Part shown: positions 27,624-40,259 of the stretch, piece after piece
How positions within the stretch are numbered: the first letter of the stretch is position 1
Layout: each line of letters starts with the position of its first letter
Origin: Phoronis australis
Lineage: Eukaryota > Animalia > Phoronida
Length of the DNA: 64,000 nt
Assembly: GCA_002633005.1 (NCBI GenBank)
Contig: NMRA01000042.1
Location: 638,858 to 702,857, forward strand
Direction: 5' to 3'
Position numbers and translations under genes: made by a program
The notes under the pieces: generated by a model
What the model saw: only the letters and a program-made list of their open reading frames with translations
What the model was told of the DNA's origin: nothing
The model's database searches: none

Positions 27624-28773
27624 CCGTAAACGTTCGGGTTAACGCCCATACTCACTTAACCCCCCATCCCCTACTTTAGGTGGATTTTCGATTTAACCAC
27701 CCACTGCTCGGTTAACCGCCCCTCTGCGATTTTTGAAGATTTCCAGTTAAGCGCCCACCTCTCAGTTAAGCGCCCACCTCTCAGTTATGCAACAACACTG
27801 ACTCGGGTAAGGACGCTTTGCTCGGTGGAACTAGTCACTAATTTACATAGTCATATAACAAACCACTGGTGCCGGTTACCCGAATAATGGAGGCTTCATT
27901 TTCGAATTAATTTTACCAACACAAGTACTTGTGTATGAAGTACTTCTTTCTCAGACTCTACTGTACAGGTTCATTAGACTCATCCCATTCATAGTGTTAG
28001 TATTTTTTAACATTAAAATCTTAAGCACTTCTTTGAGTAATGCCTTTGCAGTAACTTTTGATTGACGATTGGTTTATGTCTGCCAACCTCCGCCGGGCGG
28101 TCAAAATAAAACAGACGTAGAACCTTACGTTGAAAATGTCATTGAATCACGGAGTCTCGAACATAAACATACCAAACGCAAAAAAACACCTGAATTAGTT
28201 TTTCAAACTTTAATTACAAATAATTTAAAACTGCTCTCTAACTCAGAACTTGACAACTAACTCGTGACTCTGCTGTGACCTACGCTGCATGTGAAGCTAG
28301 CACACGCGCACTTTGCACTGTTACCACGTCAGTGAGGATAGTTGCAATTCAAGTGGAGCTCAGCATAGTCACTGGTAGTCTGCGCTCTACAGGTACAGCT
28401 CTAACAAGACAGCAGGACGGCACGGGCTATTACTCACCAATTTTGTAAATTTAACTGAAATAATTAATCGGAGGGCAACAGAACCTTTGTTGGGATCATC
28501 CGCTGTTATGACATTTTTACCGTCACTTAGCGACGTGGCGAAAGCTCGGAAAAGTGCTACGCGTTCCAACCACGTGTGGGGACTGGGCTCATGAGGTAAG
28601 ATTAATCGCCCAGGGCGGTTGTCTGTCGTAATAAGCGCCCATGTTCGGTTAACCGCCCACCCCTGATTTTTTGAAATTTCACGTTTAAGCGCCCAGGTCT
28701 GGTTAACCGCCCACCCCCGAATTTTTGGGTTTGCCAATTTAACCGCCCAGGGCGTTAACCCGAACGTTTACGG
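27624..28773. mobile_element. Tc1/mariner (Tc2/pogo-like) non-autonomous element
   Basis: Perfect 24-bp TIR CCGTAAACGTTCGGGTTAACGCCC, TA TSD on both sides, and arrays of TTAA(C/G)CGCCCA-like subterminal repeats. Confidence 0.85.
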
Positions 28774-29635
28774 TAGTCGAGTAAATGTGTGCATTGGATT
28801 ATTTTAGACATATAAACATATCAAATTGTTTGCAGTAATACAAACTAATTCAGTTTACATAACTACCAACATTGCAATATGAACAAGAGCAATTCAAAGT
28901 GGCGTCCCACACTCTATACCACAAATGGTAAGAGACATAAAAATAGTCACTAGGAAGCGTAAAACAAGTCGAACCATAGTCTGAAAATGGGAAGGCATGG
29001 TCACCTGATCTAATAGAAACCTATTTATCAAATGTCGTGAAAATCCCTGAAGGAACTCTGAAGATACAATGACAAAAATAAGAAAATAAAATTGCCACAA
29101 GGATGTAGAGTGGTCTGTTGCTGGATCTGTAATGTCACATTCACAAGACCACACTTGCCAAATTCCGCAAAGTTCCTGCGTGTATTAAGGAGATATAGAC
29201 ACTAGGGGCCACCACAGTACTCAAACTCATGTGAAAATCAACATCAGCCATGGCCTTCTCAACAGGAACACACGTACCAATTTTCAAAATGATCCTCTAA
29301 GCACTTTGACAGATGAAGAAGTAAATGCCAAAAACAGACATCTATACAAATGGCCACTAGGTGGAGCAGAATACATCAAATCATGAAGTTTCACCTATTT
29401 GCCATTATTGTGTCCTAAACAGGTGAGATTTCACCATACCCTTTGCACCTCGCATTTACAAGCACATGCGATATGCCATATTCCAATGAATGAAGAGGTG
29501 CATGTAACCCTAACACAATAAAAGAGATTTCTTACTAGAATGATGAAACACTTAGCTATACATTAAAAAATAAAAGAACGTGGTTATAAGAAACACATAA
29601 AGCTATAAAATTTATTTGCATATACACAAACAGAA

Positions 29636-32122
29636 CTAAATAAAACCAGGACCATTCCTAAGAGTCTCGGGAAGATTCTGCCAGAACGTACTCGGTTCTT
29701 CTGACCAGTTCATACAAATTCCATTATCCACCAAATATCTCAAAATTGGAGTCATGCATCTATAAGTAACATCTTCCATCATTAAAACAATAAGACATTG
29801 TTGCGCCTTGATATTATTTTCCAAACATTTGGCATGAGCAAGACTGAGCTCAAAATTACACCAACTGTTCATTACAAAATTTGTAGTCAGAACAACTAAA
29901 ACTTTCCGACTGTTTTGAATAGCTCTATCAATGCTATCCACCCTTGGGTCTCCAGGGATGAAATCTCTATCCTGAAGACAAACCCTAAATCCAAACTCAT
30001 CTTCCAGTTTTGGACAAAGTGTTTCCAAAACCCAACCGTTGTCATCTTCACAGTATGCAACAAAACAGTCATACTGGTAAACAAGTTGCTCACCTTCTCT
30101 TGTCAAATTCTTAGCAAAGCATGATCTGAACAAAAACAGCCAATAACGAATATACCATCGATAATGATACCCCACTGTGACAACAATTGTGACAAGAACA
30201 GCAAATGAACCAACAATACTTCCAACAATAAACTGAGTTTCATGACAGGCAAGAAATGTAGGGTTATACTCTAACAAGGATAGATGTTTCACTTCATCAG
30301 GTGATGCACACTTATACTGTGCACTGCGACTAATAATGACCTTGACCTTTTTAGTTCTCACTTCACGAAGCCAGTCGGTATACCACTTAAGATCACACAA
30401 ACAAGCATAAGGGTTATTGCTAGCCTCAAAATGGTCCAACTTTTCATCAATTAAATGTTGAAGAGATGTTTGGTTGATATTCTGAATTTGATTTGAGGAA
30501 ACATCCAATCTTTGAAGATTTACCAAATTAATGAACACAGCAGGATCAATTTCCAATAGCTTATTACCCACTAATCTCAAGTAGATTAAACTTTTCAAAT
30601 CTTCAAATATGGTTTGTGGTAGCTTTTTCAATTGGGTAGCAGTCAAGTCAAGATATCTGAGTCTGGATAGTCCTTGAAACAAACATGTCTTACTAGCATA
30701 GGAAATTTTCTTCAAATTAACACGCTCCATCTTGAGAGATACAAGACTAGACAAATTTGCGAAATAGCAGTCTACATCAAATATGGTGGGATTTGCACTT
30801 AAATCGATATGCTGAATATTCCTAAGAGATAGAAAAGCCTTTCTTGTTATCGTAACGATGCCATTTCCCTCAAAATACAGAAATTTAACAGATCCCAGTG
30901 AGGAAAATATCGCACTTGAAATAGTTATTTTTATACCATTATTAGCAAATGACAAAAATTCAACATTTCTAAGGCCTTGAAAAGAGCTTTCATCAAGCAT
31001 TGTGATTTTATTTCCATCCAAACAAAGTTTTTTCAAATTTGGCATGTGAGGTCTGCCAGCTTCTTGGAACATGGGAACACTGTGAAGCCTGCACTTCAAT
31101 AACTGTAGCTCCCTTAAAAATGTTAAACCTAACAGTCCTTTATTGTCTATAAATGACAATAAATTGTAACCTAGGAACAAATGTGTGATGGAGTTAGGGT
31201 AATTAAACCCATAACTGTATAACTGTAATATGCGATTATTGGTCAAATCTAAATGTAGTAAGTTTCTAAAACAGTAAAAAGCACGAGAAACATTTGAAAT
31301 TAGCATGGAACATAGCTCTAGCCTAGTAATATTTGCATGACAAAGGGACACTAAAAAATCCCGAACATCCATTTGAATTTTATTTCCACTGAGTATTACA
31401 TGCTCTAAACTGGACAGGGGTGAGAATGCTCTATGACTTATGAAACGGATTTTAGAATTTGTCAAATCTAAGGTCTTCACAGGGGAGTTCTTTAAATTAA
31501 TGAAAAGTGAATCAGACAAATTACTTAATCTGTTTCTACTTAAATCTAAATAGTGTAATGATGTAAAATTCAAAAAAGGAGTACCAAACATGTCATTTCC
31601 TATATTGTTTACAGACAAACTTAACACACGCAAAGTCGTTAGAGAACTAAGTGGCAGTGAAGGTATTTTCTTTATTGATGTCTTGTTGAGGTAAAGAGTC
31701 TTCAATGAGGATAGTCCTTGAAATATCCCAGCACCGCTTTGGAACAACCACTCAGCTCCATTTGCCGTGAGGTCGAGAAGCTCCAACTTGGTCAAGCCAT
31801 TAAAAGCACCAACTTCAATTCTCAGATTTATGTGGCAATGGTCCAGTAACAGACTTTGTAAGTGAGACAAATTCCAAAAGGAATTCCCTTTCAGTACTCT
31901 GAATACATTGTAACTCAGAGACAGAAACAGTGTATCTTTGGGGATGTCTTGAGGCACTTCCCTCAGTTTATCTTGGCTGCTAGCATGTGCATCACATATG
32001 ACTGTTTTGTTTCTGTAACAATGACACTTACTAGGGCAACAGGTGGATTCAGTCGTGATCAATAGCATCCAGAATGAAAACAAAAGAAATCTCCGTAGGT
32101 AGCTGCCTTCCATCTTGCTCAT
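29636..32122 (-). CDS. Toll-like receptor A (intronless, single-cysteine-cluster type, ~828 aa)
   Basis: Signal peptide, LRRNT (CPSKCHC..VIC), LxxLxLxxN repeats, LRRCT (NPYACLCDLKWY..YKC..C), TM helix (FIVGSIVGSFAVLVTIVVTVGY) and TIR (YDCFVAY, RDFIPG, SWCNFEL, FW). The ORF-track start at 32128 is GTG; the first in-frame ATG is 32122 (alternative 32113). Confidence 0.95.
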   Translation of the reverse strand: MSKMEGSYLRRFLLFSFWMLLITTESTCCPSKCHCYRNKTVICDAHASSQDKLREVPQDIPKDTLFLSLSYNVFRVLKGNSFWNLSHLQSLLLDHCHINLRIEVGAFNGLTKLELLDLTANGAEWLFQSGAGIFQGLSSLKTLYLNKTSIKKIPSLPLSSLTTLRVLSLSVNNIGNDMFGTPFLNFTSLHYLDLSRNRLSNLSDSLFINLKNSPVKTLDLTNSKIRFISHRAFSPLSSLEHVILSGNKIQMDVRDFLVSLCHANITRLELCSMLISNVSRAFYCFRNLLHLDLTNNRILQLYSYGFNYPNSITHLFLGYNLLSFIDNKGLLGLTFLRELQLLKCRLHSVPMFQEAGRPHMPNLKKLCLDGNKITMLDESSFQGLRNVEFLSFANNGIKITISSAIFSSLGSVKFLYFEGNGIVTITRKAFLSLRNIQHIDLSANPTIFDVDCYFANLSSLVSLKMERVNLKKISYASKTCLFQGLSRLRYLDLTATQLKKLPQTIFEDLKSLIYLRLVGNKLLEIDPAVFINLVNLQRLDVSSNQIQNINQTSLQHLIDEKLDHFEASNNPYACLCDLKWYTDWLREVRTKKVKVIISRSAQYKCASPDEVKHLSLLEYNPTFLACHETQFIVGSIVGSFAVLVTIVVTVGYHYRWYIRYWLFLFRSCFAKNLTREGEQLVYQYDCFVAYCEDDNGWVLETLCPKLEDEFGFRVCLQDRDFIPGDPRVDSIDRAIQNSRKVLVVLTTNFVMNSWCNFELSLAHAKCLENNIKAQQCLIVLMMEDVTYRCMTPILRYLVDNGICMNWSEEPSTFWQNLPETLRNGPGFI

Positions 32123-32302
32123 ATTCACTTGCCGAGAGATGAATTTGAAGAGCTGCAGCGTGGATTTTACTTAATTTCTGCACCAAAAAGTGACACCTAT
32201 GTCCAATTCTTACAGGATTTCTTCTCAACTGTTCTGATTTCAAAAGGAGAACAGAAACCAAAACCAGTTTGGACGAAACAAAACTTACCATGTGAGATAA
32301 GT

Positions 32303-32434
32303 TCAAGGTTATCTCCCACCTTCATCCATTCTAATTCAAATATCAAGAAAACCAGGCTACATCGCTCTGGTAAAAGTGTATAATATGAAAAAAGATCAAA
32401 GATTACAAAAATATGTTGTAATAATTTATGAGCA

Positions 32435-32465
<31 letters not shown>

Positions 32466-32830
32466 TTATTATTATTATTGTTATTATTATTATTATTATG
32501 TTACTACCTTTTTAAGTTAAAACTTCATTTTTAAAAAAGGTACATTCATAGCAAAATAACCACTTGGTCAGTTTTAATGGAACTTTTTAAATGAAAGCTT
32601 CCCAATCACAATTTACCTCAAAAACGCTGTTAGGAATTTTCGATTACTCATTTAGTTTCGTAAAACCTATGGCAGTTTTGTAAAGAGCAGTAGTTTTCAT
32701 ATTTCTAACGGTACGCAAAAACTAGGGGTCTAAAAGGAAAATCCTAAAGTATTTTTAAGATTGATGAATAAATATTAAAATTGGAAAGTTTCAGTGAAAT
32801 TCACCAAGCTGTTCTCGAGGACTCATCTTC
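32303..32830 (+). mobile_element. Dispersed repeat (TTAA-GG terminus, Kolobok-like MITE) in the TLR A upstream region
   Basis: Reverse-complement match to 49660-50137 over about 500 bp; carries an (ATT)n tract. Confidence 0.65.
32435..32500. repeat. (ATT)n microsatellite
   Basis: About 20 imperfect ATT units. Confidence 0.9.
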
Positions 32831-32977
32831 TTAAGTTCCAATTAAGTTGATTTGCCAAAGCTAAGAAAAAGCAAAAAAATGACGGTGTTCACTTAATTAT
32901 TCAGTGAAACTGATATACAACCTAAAACAGTGCAAATAATACGCTGACAAGGAAGTCACACATTTCTAAAGATATAC

Positions 32978-32987
32978 GGGAATTTTC
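32978..32987 (+). promoter_or_regulatory. NF-kB-like site upstream of TLR A, in a block conserved with TLR B
   Basis: GGGAATTTTC; the identical decamer occurs at 39474-39483 in homologous context (tttctaaagata...GGGAATTTTCAC). Confidence 0.5.
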
Positions 32988-35900
32988 ACCCCTCGTCCTC
33001 CTGTGCAGCTTTTACCAGGATCAACGAGAGTACGGCACTGGAGATGGATACAGTTGTGACGACCGCATTGTCCCGTGCGAGTGAGATCCAATTACTGTAA
33101 TTACACAACTACAAACAGCAGTAAACATCTCTCCAAGTACATACTGCAGAATTTTTAAAATGCATTAACAAATAATTTCCATGAATACCACGGCAGTATT
33201 CAGCTGGAAAAAGCAGCCAAGCATGGTTTTTGATTTTTAAAAATCAATGAATTAATAAAAGAAAAACTACAAACTTTGGGTACGATTGAAGATAAATGAC
33301 CGTACTCATATACTAGGTGGATTTACAAGCCAAGAAATGGATAACAAAAATTGAGTCGGTGATTAAAGCATGTCGTTAGCATGAGATCGAAAAAGGAAAT
33401 GTCAATTTACTTATTGAATTGAGGAGTTTGGATGAGGATTTGTCTCTCTTTTCACGACTTTCTGTGTTCATGACCACAGAGGTGTGCGGTGACTCGTACC
33501 ATTCGTTCTCAACAATCGTATGCATATAGATGCATAACTCCCTCAGAATCAAAACTATGTTTCGTCTTTGTTTTCCCCGGTACCAATCTATCATAAGTTC
33601 ACCTCATTGACTCTATTATGGCGACTTGGTGAATGAAAGGGCAAAGGGTACATGCAAAGCTCTTCTGTGCCTGGTGGGAGATTCGATATGAGTGACTGCC
33701 CTGTAACCTTTGACCTCGGATAAGTAGTGGCTCTGCTAAATCTTTTTTTGTCACTACACTGTTGATATTTTGTATCTGAAGTTCCCCTGGAATTAAGATC
33801 AGGTATTTTGCTAGACACGTGAAATATTGTAAAAATGGCCAATTTTTGTGACTAAGGCTCGAGATATCCTTAAGATCATCATTCCTTTGGAAGTGGCCCT
33901 TTGTCAAGATAAACACAAATCATTTTTTTAGTCATTTTGAAATATTTAAAATGCACCAAGTCTAAACTACTCTCCACAGTTGCAGGCTGTAACCCTGGGC
34001 AAACACCAGAGAAAACCAATTTAGCAGGATTAACAACCATCATTGTTGAGACAGTATTGCTATCTATTCCCTTTCCACTTCATTAGCTCAAATCTACATC
34101 AGTAGAAAGGGCACACTGAAAAAGCATCATAAAAGTTGTCTGGGGTTGAGGGAATATTGAGCAGTGACCAGTGTAAGCCAGAAATTCGCTACATGAAAGC
34201 TTTAATCATGTTCGTCATTTCAGCATTTACTTGCAATAAATATGTAAATCTTGAACTGGTGAGGAAATTAGATCACAAACATTCTAACTCTGGTATGCAT
34301 GCCACCTTTTGGCCACATTACGTGAGTGACATAAGAAGTCTGAAAAGATTTCTGCTGGTCAAGAGCAATACACAACTCGACTGGCATTTATGGTAATCTC
34401 TCTAGATTAGCACCACGAAAAAATAGTTATAATTTTTAATTGGTCCTAACTTAGAAATACCAGACAGTGTTCAGAACTTATGGTGTTTGTATATTGTAGG
34501 ATGTCAAATGCATCTTGAGTTCAGAGTTATCAATAGATGGCGCGGCAAGTCAGTGCTTTGTATAGTTTTCAGGTTCGCCGCTTGTCTCGCTGCCTGTCAC
34601 TTCTTGTTTTTTGCTGAATTTATGAGTCGTGTTTTTTCTTGCTCCTTGTAAGTTGTTATTTTCAACGTCATTCCATTCGATGTTATAGCTTGTCCTTTGC
34701 TTCATAGTTGCTCAGTATATTAGAGTTATTTTACATTCCTTTTCGAGGCTTTGTGTGCTTGCACATTGGCGTTTCGCTCCACTGAACTTGGCCACGCGGT
34801 CATTTGACATTGGTTTGACCTCTAGTTCATTTTGAGTTTGTTGTTTCGTCTATTAGTTTTGGTGCTATTATTCACTGTGATACTTGTTGATTTGTTTTCT
34901 TAATTATTTATTGTTTATTTCGCTAACATTTGTTTCTTAATTTTCTTTTAGGAAACCTTATGTACTTCTTGTACGACCGTATGCCAGACCGTATGGCCTT
35001 ACGATGTTGAATAAATGAAATGTTTTGAATCCTACATATATTGAACAACGTTGGTCAGGGTCCGCAGTGCTTGTGTTTACATTTCAAGAAAGGTAAAAAC
35101 CCATGCTGACGACAGTTTACAAGTACATCGCTAATCTAAGTCAAGCATTCGATTACCGATGACACATGAAAGTTAAACGCCGATGACACTTAATCATGAA
35201 ATTTTAAAAACTCCTCGTAGACGGGCGCTTACCCAAATATAGGATGTGGCCATTTAGCTGAAGGAGCTGCTGCCCGGGGCCTTAGTACTTCTGAGAATAG
35301 ATGAACAGGGAATCGTGCAGTGAACCCGTCAACAGTTATTGACACTTTTCACGACGCTCCCCGACACTCAAGCGATCTTTCAGACACATGCTTTTGAACA
35401 AGTAAGCGAATTTTGCAGGAGTAGGCTGCAAAAATACAGGCCTGAAATGTACATTTTACAAAATAATGATATTCAGATTAATTTCGATCTCTGCGTCTTT
35501 TATTAAAAAAGTAGTGGGTGAAGAAATGACGGCTTTTATCGCATCTGACATCGTGACTACTGTCAATACTTATATCATCTGGAAATATTTGTCGGTGAAT
35601 AAATCAACGTCATGAATGTTACACAGAGATTAAATTGTCTTTCATCCAGAACAACAGGCACCTTGTACACCAGTTCACAGTAGATGGGTGACTACCCTTT
35701 GATCTTTGAACGGACAGCTCGACAGTCACCTGCCATGCATTGAAACATGTAATTGTGTGTTTGTTAAATGACTTGGGACAAAACGCTAGAGGTATGTGCA
35801 AGCAGGTATACCGCAAGTGTCTAGTCACATTCACGACCTCCCTCGGTATGCACACAGCTAGGGTCTATTCTTAAAAGGTCCACTGGCTAAAAAAGCTCCG

Positions 35901-36552
35901 GCACCAGAGAGTCTAGACTGCTCCAAGTTCGATTCCGCACTAAGGCTGACCTCACACAATGTCCTTTTAAAATGACCAGTTACAACATACAACATAATAC
36001 ATGTCAAATTTCAGATATCTCCAAAAACACACAAAGACAAAAATGATTTAATCAACATTTTATTCAAAATTTCTGGACAATCCCAGTGCCAACATCTTCT
36101 GGAAAACTTTCTAACTTCAAGATTAGACCTAAAATGCACAGTTAGTTCTGGTCCCTTTTTGAAAATCAAGTCAGTGGTGAAGGTTTATTTGCTCACTTTT
36201 ACAAAAAAGAAAATCCACCTGGGATGAGCAAAAATGATGCAGGATATCTAATTCACACCCTTGCTAGTGCATGCCTTTGTGCAACTTTCCAAAAAAATGC
36301 GAAGTCTTGACTGAAATTGAAGTCTGCAAATGTTTTCTGTCGATTAGCCTCACAATAAGTCAGGAAGGAGACCCCAATCAACCATGCTTTTTTGGCCTTA
36401 GCCATTATCAGACACTGCACATGATGACTATCTGACTCTGAAAATACCATGTGACAATCATGTACACTCAAAGTAACAGTGAAACAAAGCAATATACATA
36501 TTCCACTCTGTCCTGACATTGTCATGTTATAGGTCACTCTCAAAAAAGCTAC

Positions 36553-39069
36553 CTAACACAAATTACAAGGTGTGCTTCTTATGGCGTCTGGAAGTTTGTT
36601 CCAGAAAAGATTTTGTCCAACTTCGTCACCTGTCCACTCAATGTAGGTTCTCTTACGTACCAAATGTCTCAGAATTGGAGTCATGAACTTAGGAGGAACA
36701 TCTTCCATCATTATAATAATGATATGCTGCTGAGCCTTAATATCATTTTCAAGACAGTTGGCATGAGCCAGACTCAGCTCAAAATTACACCAACTGTTCA
36801 TTGCAAAACTTGTAGTCAGAACAATTAAAATTTTTCGACTGTTTTGAATAGCTTCGTCAATGTTTTCTACTTTTGACTTCCCAAGTTCAAAATCTCTATC
36901 CTGAAGACAGACCCTAAACCCAAATTCATCTTCCAGTTTTGGACGAAGCGTTTCCATAACCCAATCCATATCATCTTCACAATATGTAACAAAACAGTCA
37001 TACTGGTAAACAAGGCGCTCATCTTCTCTTGCCAAATTCTTAGCAAAGCGTGATCTGAACAAAAACAGCCAATAGCGTATGTACCATCGATAATGATACC
37101 CCACTGTGACAACAATGGTGACAAGAGCAGCAAATGAACCAATAGTAGTTCCAACAATAAATTGAGTTTCATAACAGTCAATAAATGTTGGCTTGTAAGT
37201 CAGCAAATTCTTCTTTTTGAATTTTCCAGGTGAGTTACACTTGTACTGCATGTTCTTTCTAATAATGACTTTGACTTGCTTAGTTTTCTTCATCTGACGC
37301 AGCCAATCAATATACCACTGAAGATCACAAGTACAAGCATATGGATTATCGTAAGCCTCAAAATAATTTAAACCTTTGTCGAGAAAAGGTTGCAAAGAAG
37401 ACTGGTTTATGTTTTGTATCAGATTTGAGGAAACATCCAACCTTTTTAGGCTTAAATTACTGGAAAACACAGCAGGGCTTATCTCCAGAAGCTTGTTACC
37501 AGAGAGCCTCAGATACACTAAACTTTTAAGATCAACAAAAATGTTAGCTGGCAAATTTTTCAATGAAACTTTGTGTAAATCTAGATACATTAATCCATTT
37601 AACCCTTGAAACAAACAAACTTTGTTAGAAAATGAAAGCCTTCCCATATCAATATCTGACATTTTAAGTGACATAAGAGTTGAGAGGTTAGCAAAATAGC
37701 ACTTCTTCCCATCCAATTCCATCTTGTTATTGCTTATTTCCAGTTGTTCAACATGCGATAGAAGTCTAAACGCTTCGTGATCAACAATCCTGATACCATT
37801 CCTATTCAAATAAAGATACTTAACAGATTTTAGATAAGTAAAGGTATTTTTCTGAAGGTCAGACGCGATTGAATTGTTTGCAAATGACAAAAACTCCACG
37901 TTTTCGAGACCTCTGAATGAGTTTTTTGAAACTTTTTCAATAAGATTACTGTCAATGCAAAGCTTCCTTAAACGAGGCATAAACACTTCTCTAGAACCAT
38001 GACCGATTCTCCCAACAAATTTAGGAAAAAGACTTAATTTACAGCCAGGCATGACAAGAGATTCTAATGATAATAGACCATAAAATGCTTCATTGCCAAC
38101 ATTGTACAAATGCCCATTGTAGCTCAACCAGAGGTGCTTAATACTATTGGTGTAGTTGAAACCATAACTCTCCAAAAGAGGAATTTCATTGTAGGACAAA
38201 TCCAAATTTGTAAGATTTGAAAAACATGAGAAAGCATGTGAGATATTTGTAATTTCCATTGATTGCAATTCAAGAGTTGAAAGATTTGACTGGCACAAAG
38301 AGACTAAGGCATGATGAATGTCTATCTCCAACTTGTTCCCACTGAGGATAAGTCGCTCAAGAGTGGACAAAGGTGAGAAAGCTTTTGCACTAATGTTACG
38401 AATCTTAGAATAAGAAAGATCTAAGACCTTGATGGGAGAGTACCTTAAATTAACAAAGCACAAATCACTCAGCACTCGCATTTTATGATTTCTACTCAAA
38501 TCCAAGTGTTTAAGATGTGTAAAGTTCAAAAACACATCGCCGAAGTACAAAGCGCTTGTGAGAGCATTTCCAGAAAGACTCAACAACTGTAGCATCTTCA
38601 AAGGACTGAGTGCGGTGGACGGAACTTCAGAAAGTGATGTGCTGTTTAAATATAGAACATGTAATGAACTGAGTCCTTGAAAAGTCCGGCCAGTACTCCT
38701 TGACAAGTAGTGAAGTTGGTTTGTTGATAAGTCTAAAGTCTCCAAATTTGTTAATCCGTTAAATGCGCCATCTTCAATTTCGTGGTTGATGCGACAATGG
38801 GCCAAAGAAAGGTACTTTAACTTATGCAAATTCTGAAAGGAATTCCTCTTGAGTACCTTGACAACATTGTATCTCAAAGATAGATATACAGTGTCCGTAG
38901 GAATGTCTTGTGGGATAACACGCAGTTTGTGTCTACTTCTTGGACGCGCATCGCAGTTCACTGTTCTGTTGTAGCAACGACATTTATTCGGACAGTGGGA
39001 GGAACCGGCTTCAATTTTTGACAATCCGCATATCAAAAACACCACAAAGAACAAGTTAAATCCCTTCAT
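36553..39069 (-). CDS. Toll-like receptor B (intronless, ~838 aa)
   Basis: Same LRRNT-LRR-LRRCT-TM-TIR architecture. The ORF-track start at 39108 is not ATG; ATG at 39069 gives the signal peptide MKGFNLFFVVFLICG. BB loop RDFELG. Confidence 0.95.
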   Translation of the reverse strand: MKGFNLFFVVFLICGLSKIEAGSSHCPNKCRCYNRTVNCDARPRSRHKLRVIPQDIPTDTVYLSLRYNVVKVLKRNSFQNLHKLKYLSLAHCRINHEIEDGAFNGLTNLETLDLSTNQLHYLSRSTGRTFQGLSSLHVLYLNSTSLSEVPSTALSPLKMLQLLSLSGNALTSALYFGDVFLNFTHLKHLDLSRNHKMRVLSDLCFVNLRYSPIKVLDLSYSKIRNISAKAFSPLSTLERLILSGNKLEIDIHHALVSLCQSNLSTLELQSMEITNISHAFSCFSNLTNLDLSYNEIPLLESYGFNYTNSIKHLWLSYNGHLYNVGNEAFYGLLSLESLVMPGCKLSLFPKFVGRIGHGSREVFMPRLRKLCIDSNLIEKVSKNSFRGLENVEFLSFANNSIASDLQKNTFTYLKSVKYLYLNRNGIRIVDHEAFRLLSHVEQLEISNNKMELDGKKCYFANLSTLMSLKMSDIDMGRLSFSNKVCLFQGLNGLMYLDLHKVSLKNLPANIFVDLKSLVYLRLSGNKLLEISPAVFSSNLSLKRLDVSSNLIQNINQSSLQPFLDKGLNYFEAYDNPYACTCDLQWYIDWLRQMKKTKQVKVIIRKNMQYKCNSPGKFKKKNLLTYKPTFIDCYETQFIVGTTIGSFAALVTIVVTVGYHYRWYIRYWLFLFRSRFAKNLAREDERLVYQYDCFVTYCEDDMDWVMETLRPKLEDEFGFRVCLQDRDFELGKSKVENIDEAIQNSRKILIVLTTSFAMNSWCNFELSLAHANCLENDIKAQQHIIIIMMEDVPPKFMTPILRHLVRKRTYIEWTGDEVGQNLFWNKLPDAIRSTPCNLC

Positions 39070-39473
39070 CTTCAATAGCACAGATTCAACAGTATAAAAA
39101 GTCTCCACTGTTACTTGAGTGTCTGATTTTCAACAACTCTTGCTGGGATGTAGGATGTTGTTCCCAAATCCTATCTTGAAGCTAAGGTAGATCAAATTTT
39201 CCCAGGCTCTACCAGCATGGCGCCCTTAACCACAATGTGCACTGAACTAGGGCACACACTCACTCCTAGGAAATATATATGTTCAGGTGTTCAGAAATGA
39301 AAACATTCAGTGAAAGGTATTGTGTGATGCATAAAAGATGAAAAAACTGAAACAGAAACCAGGCTTTACTTGACTGATTAAACATAACAGCAAGTCATGG
39401 GGCTTTACATCTTATATTCCGCATGCCGTTAATAATTGGCTAACACAGAAAACATGTATTTCTAAAGATACGT

Positions 39474-39483
39474 GGGAATTTTC
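39474..39483 (+). promoter_or_regulatory. NF-kB-like site upstream of TLR B
   Basis: GGGAATTTTC about 405 bp upstream of the ATG; conserved with the TLR A site. Confidence 0.5.
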
Positions 39484-40259
39484 ACGACTGCTCGTATAGC
39501 TTTTTTTGGAGCGGACTTCACCTGGATCAAAGAGAGTGCAGTGCCAGAGTCTGATGAAGTGATGACTGTATTGTGCAGAGTGACCAAGACCTAATTAAAC
39601 GTAATTACCCAGCCATAAACTGCATTAAATATCAAAAACCGGAAGATCACCGCACAAATAAAAAAGTTGATGTTCAATTCAACATTTTGTCTTTTCATTA
39701 GACATCATCAGGATAATATTTACAACAATTTAGGACAACAAGTGACAACTCACAGCTCAGGTAACATCCATAATTCATGTTATTTGCTCTTCCTCATTCA
39801 AAACAAAAGCCCAGTACTACTGAAAAGTGATGAAAATGCATCACGTCCACCACTTGGAAAACAACTTCCGGTAAAGCAACACTTGATAACAGCTACTCAA
39901 AGGAAACTACATGTAACACATGAAGAATTTCGAGGTAACTAGTTCTATACTGCTGAAATCGAGATGCCCAAACGCAATGGATGATATTTCCGCCATATAC
40001 AGCAAATGTGTAGTACACGTCTACTATAACAAAAGTACAGGTCTGATATAATAATGGTACAAGTCTGCTATAATAAGTACAGATTTTCAGTCATCTATGT
40101 CAAAAATTGTGGCCTTTATGAAAGCAACATATTTGTCATAATTTACTTCGCGAAATAATTCAAGTTGACTAGAATATTAAAAATGATGAAAACACTATGA
40201 AACATAATTAAAACCAATGATCATTTGGGAAATGGCCCTTGTCAAGATCATTGTCTGAA

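Noticed and set aside
29845-29870. WCxFE glutamate as evidence of TIR NADase activity
   Set aside because: The same Glu is present in many non-enzymatic TLR TIRs, so it is not diagnostic.
35884-35936. B-box GTTCGATTCC as a tRNA gene
   Set aside because: Poor A box and no cloverleaf.
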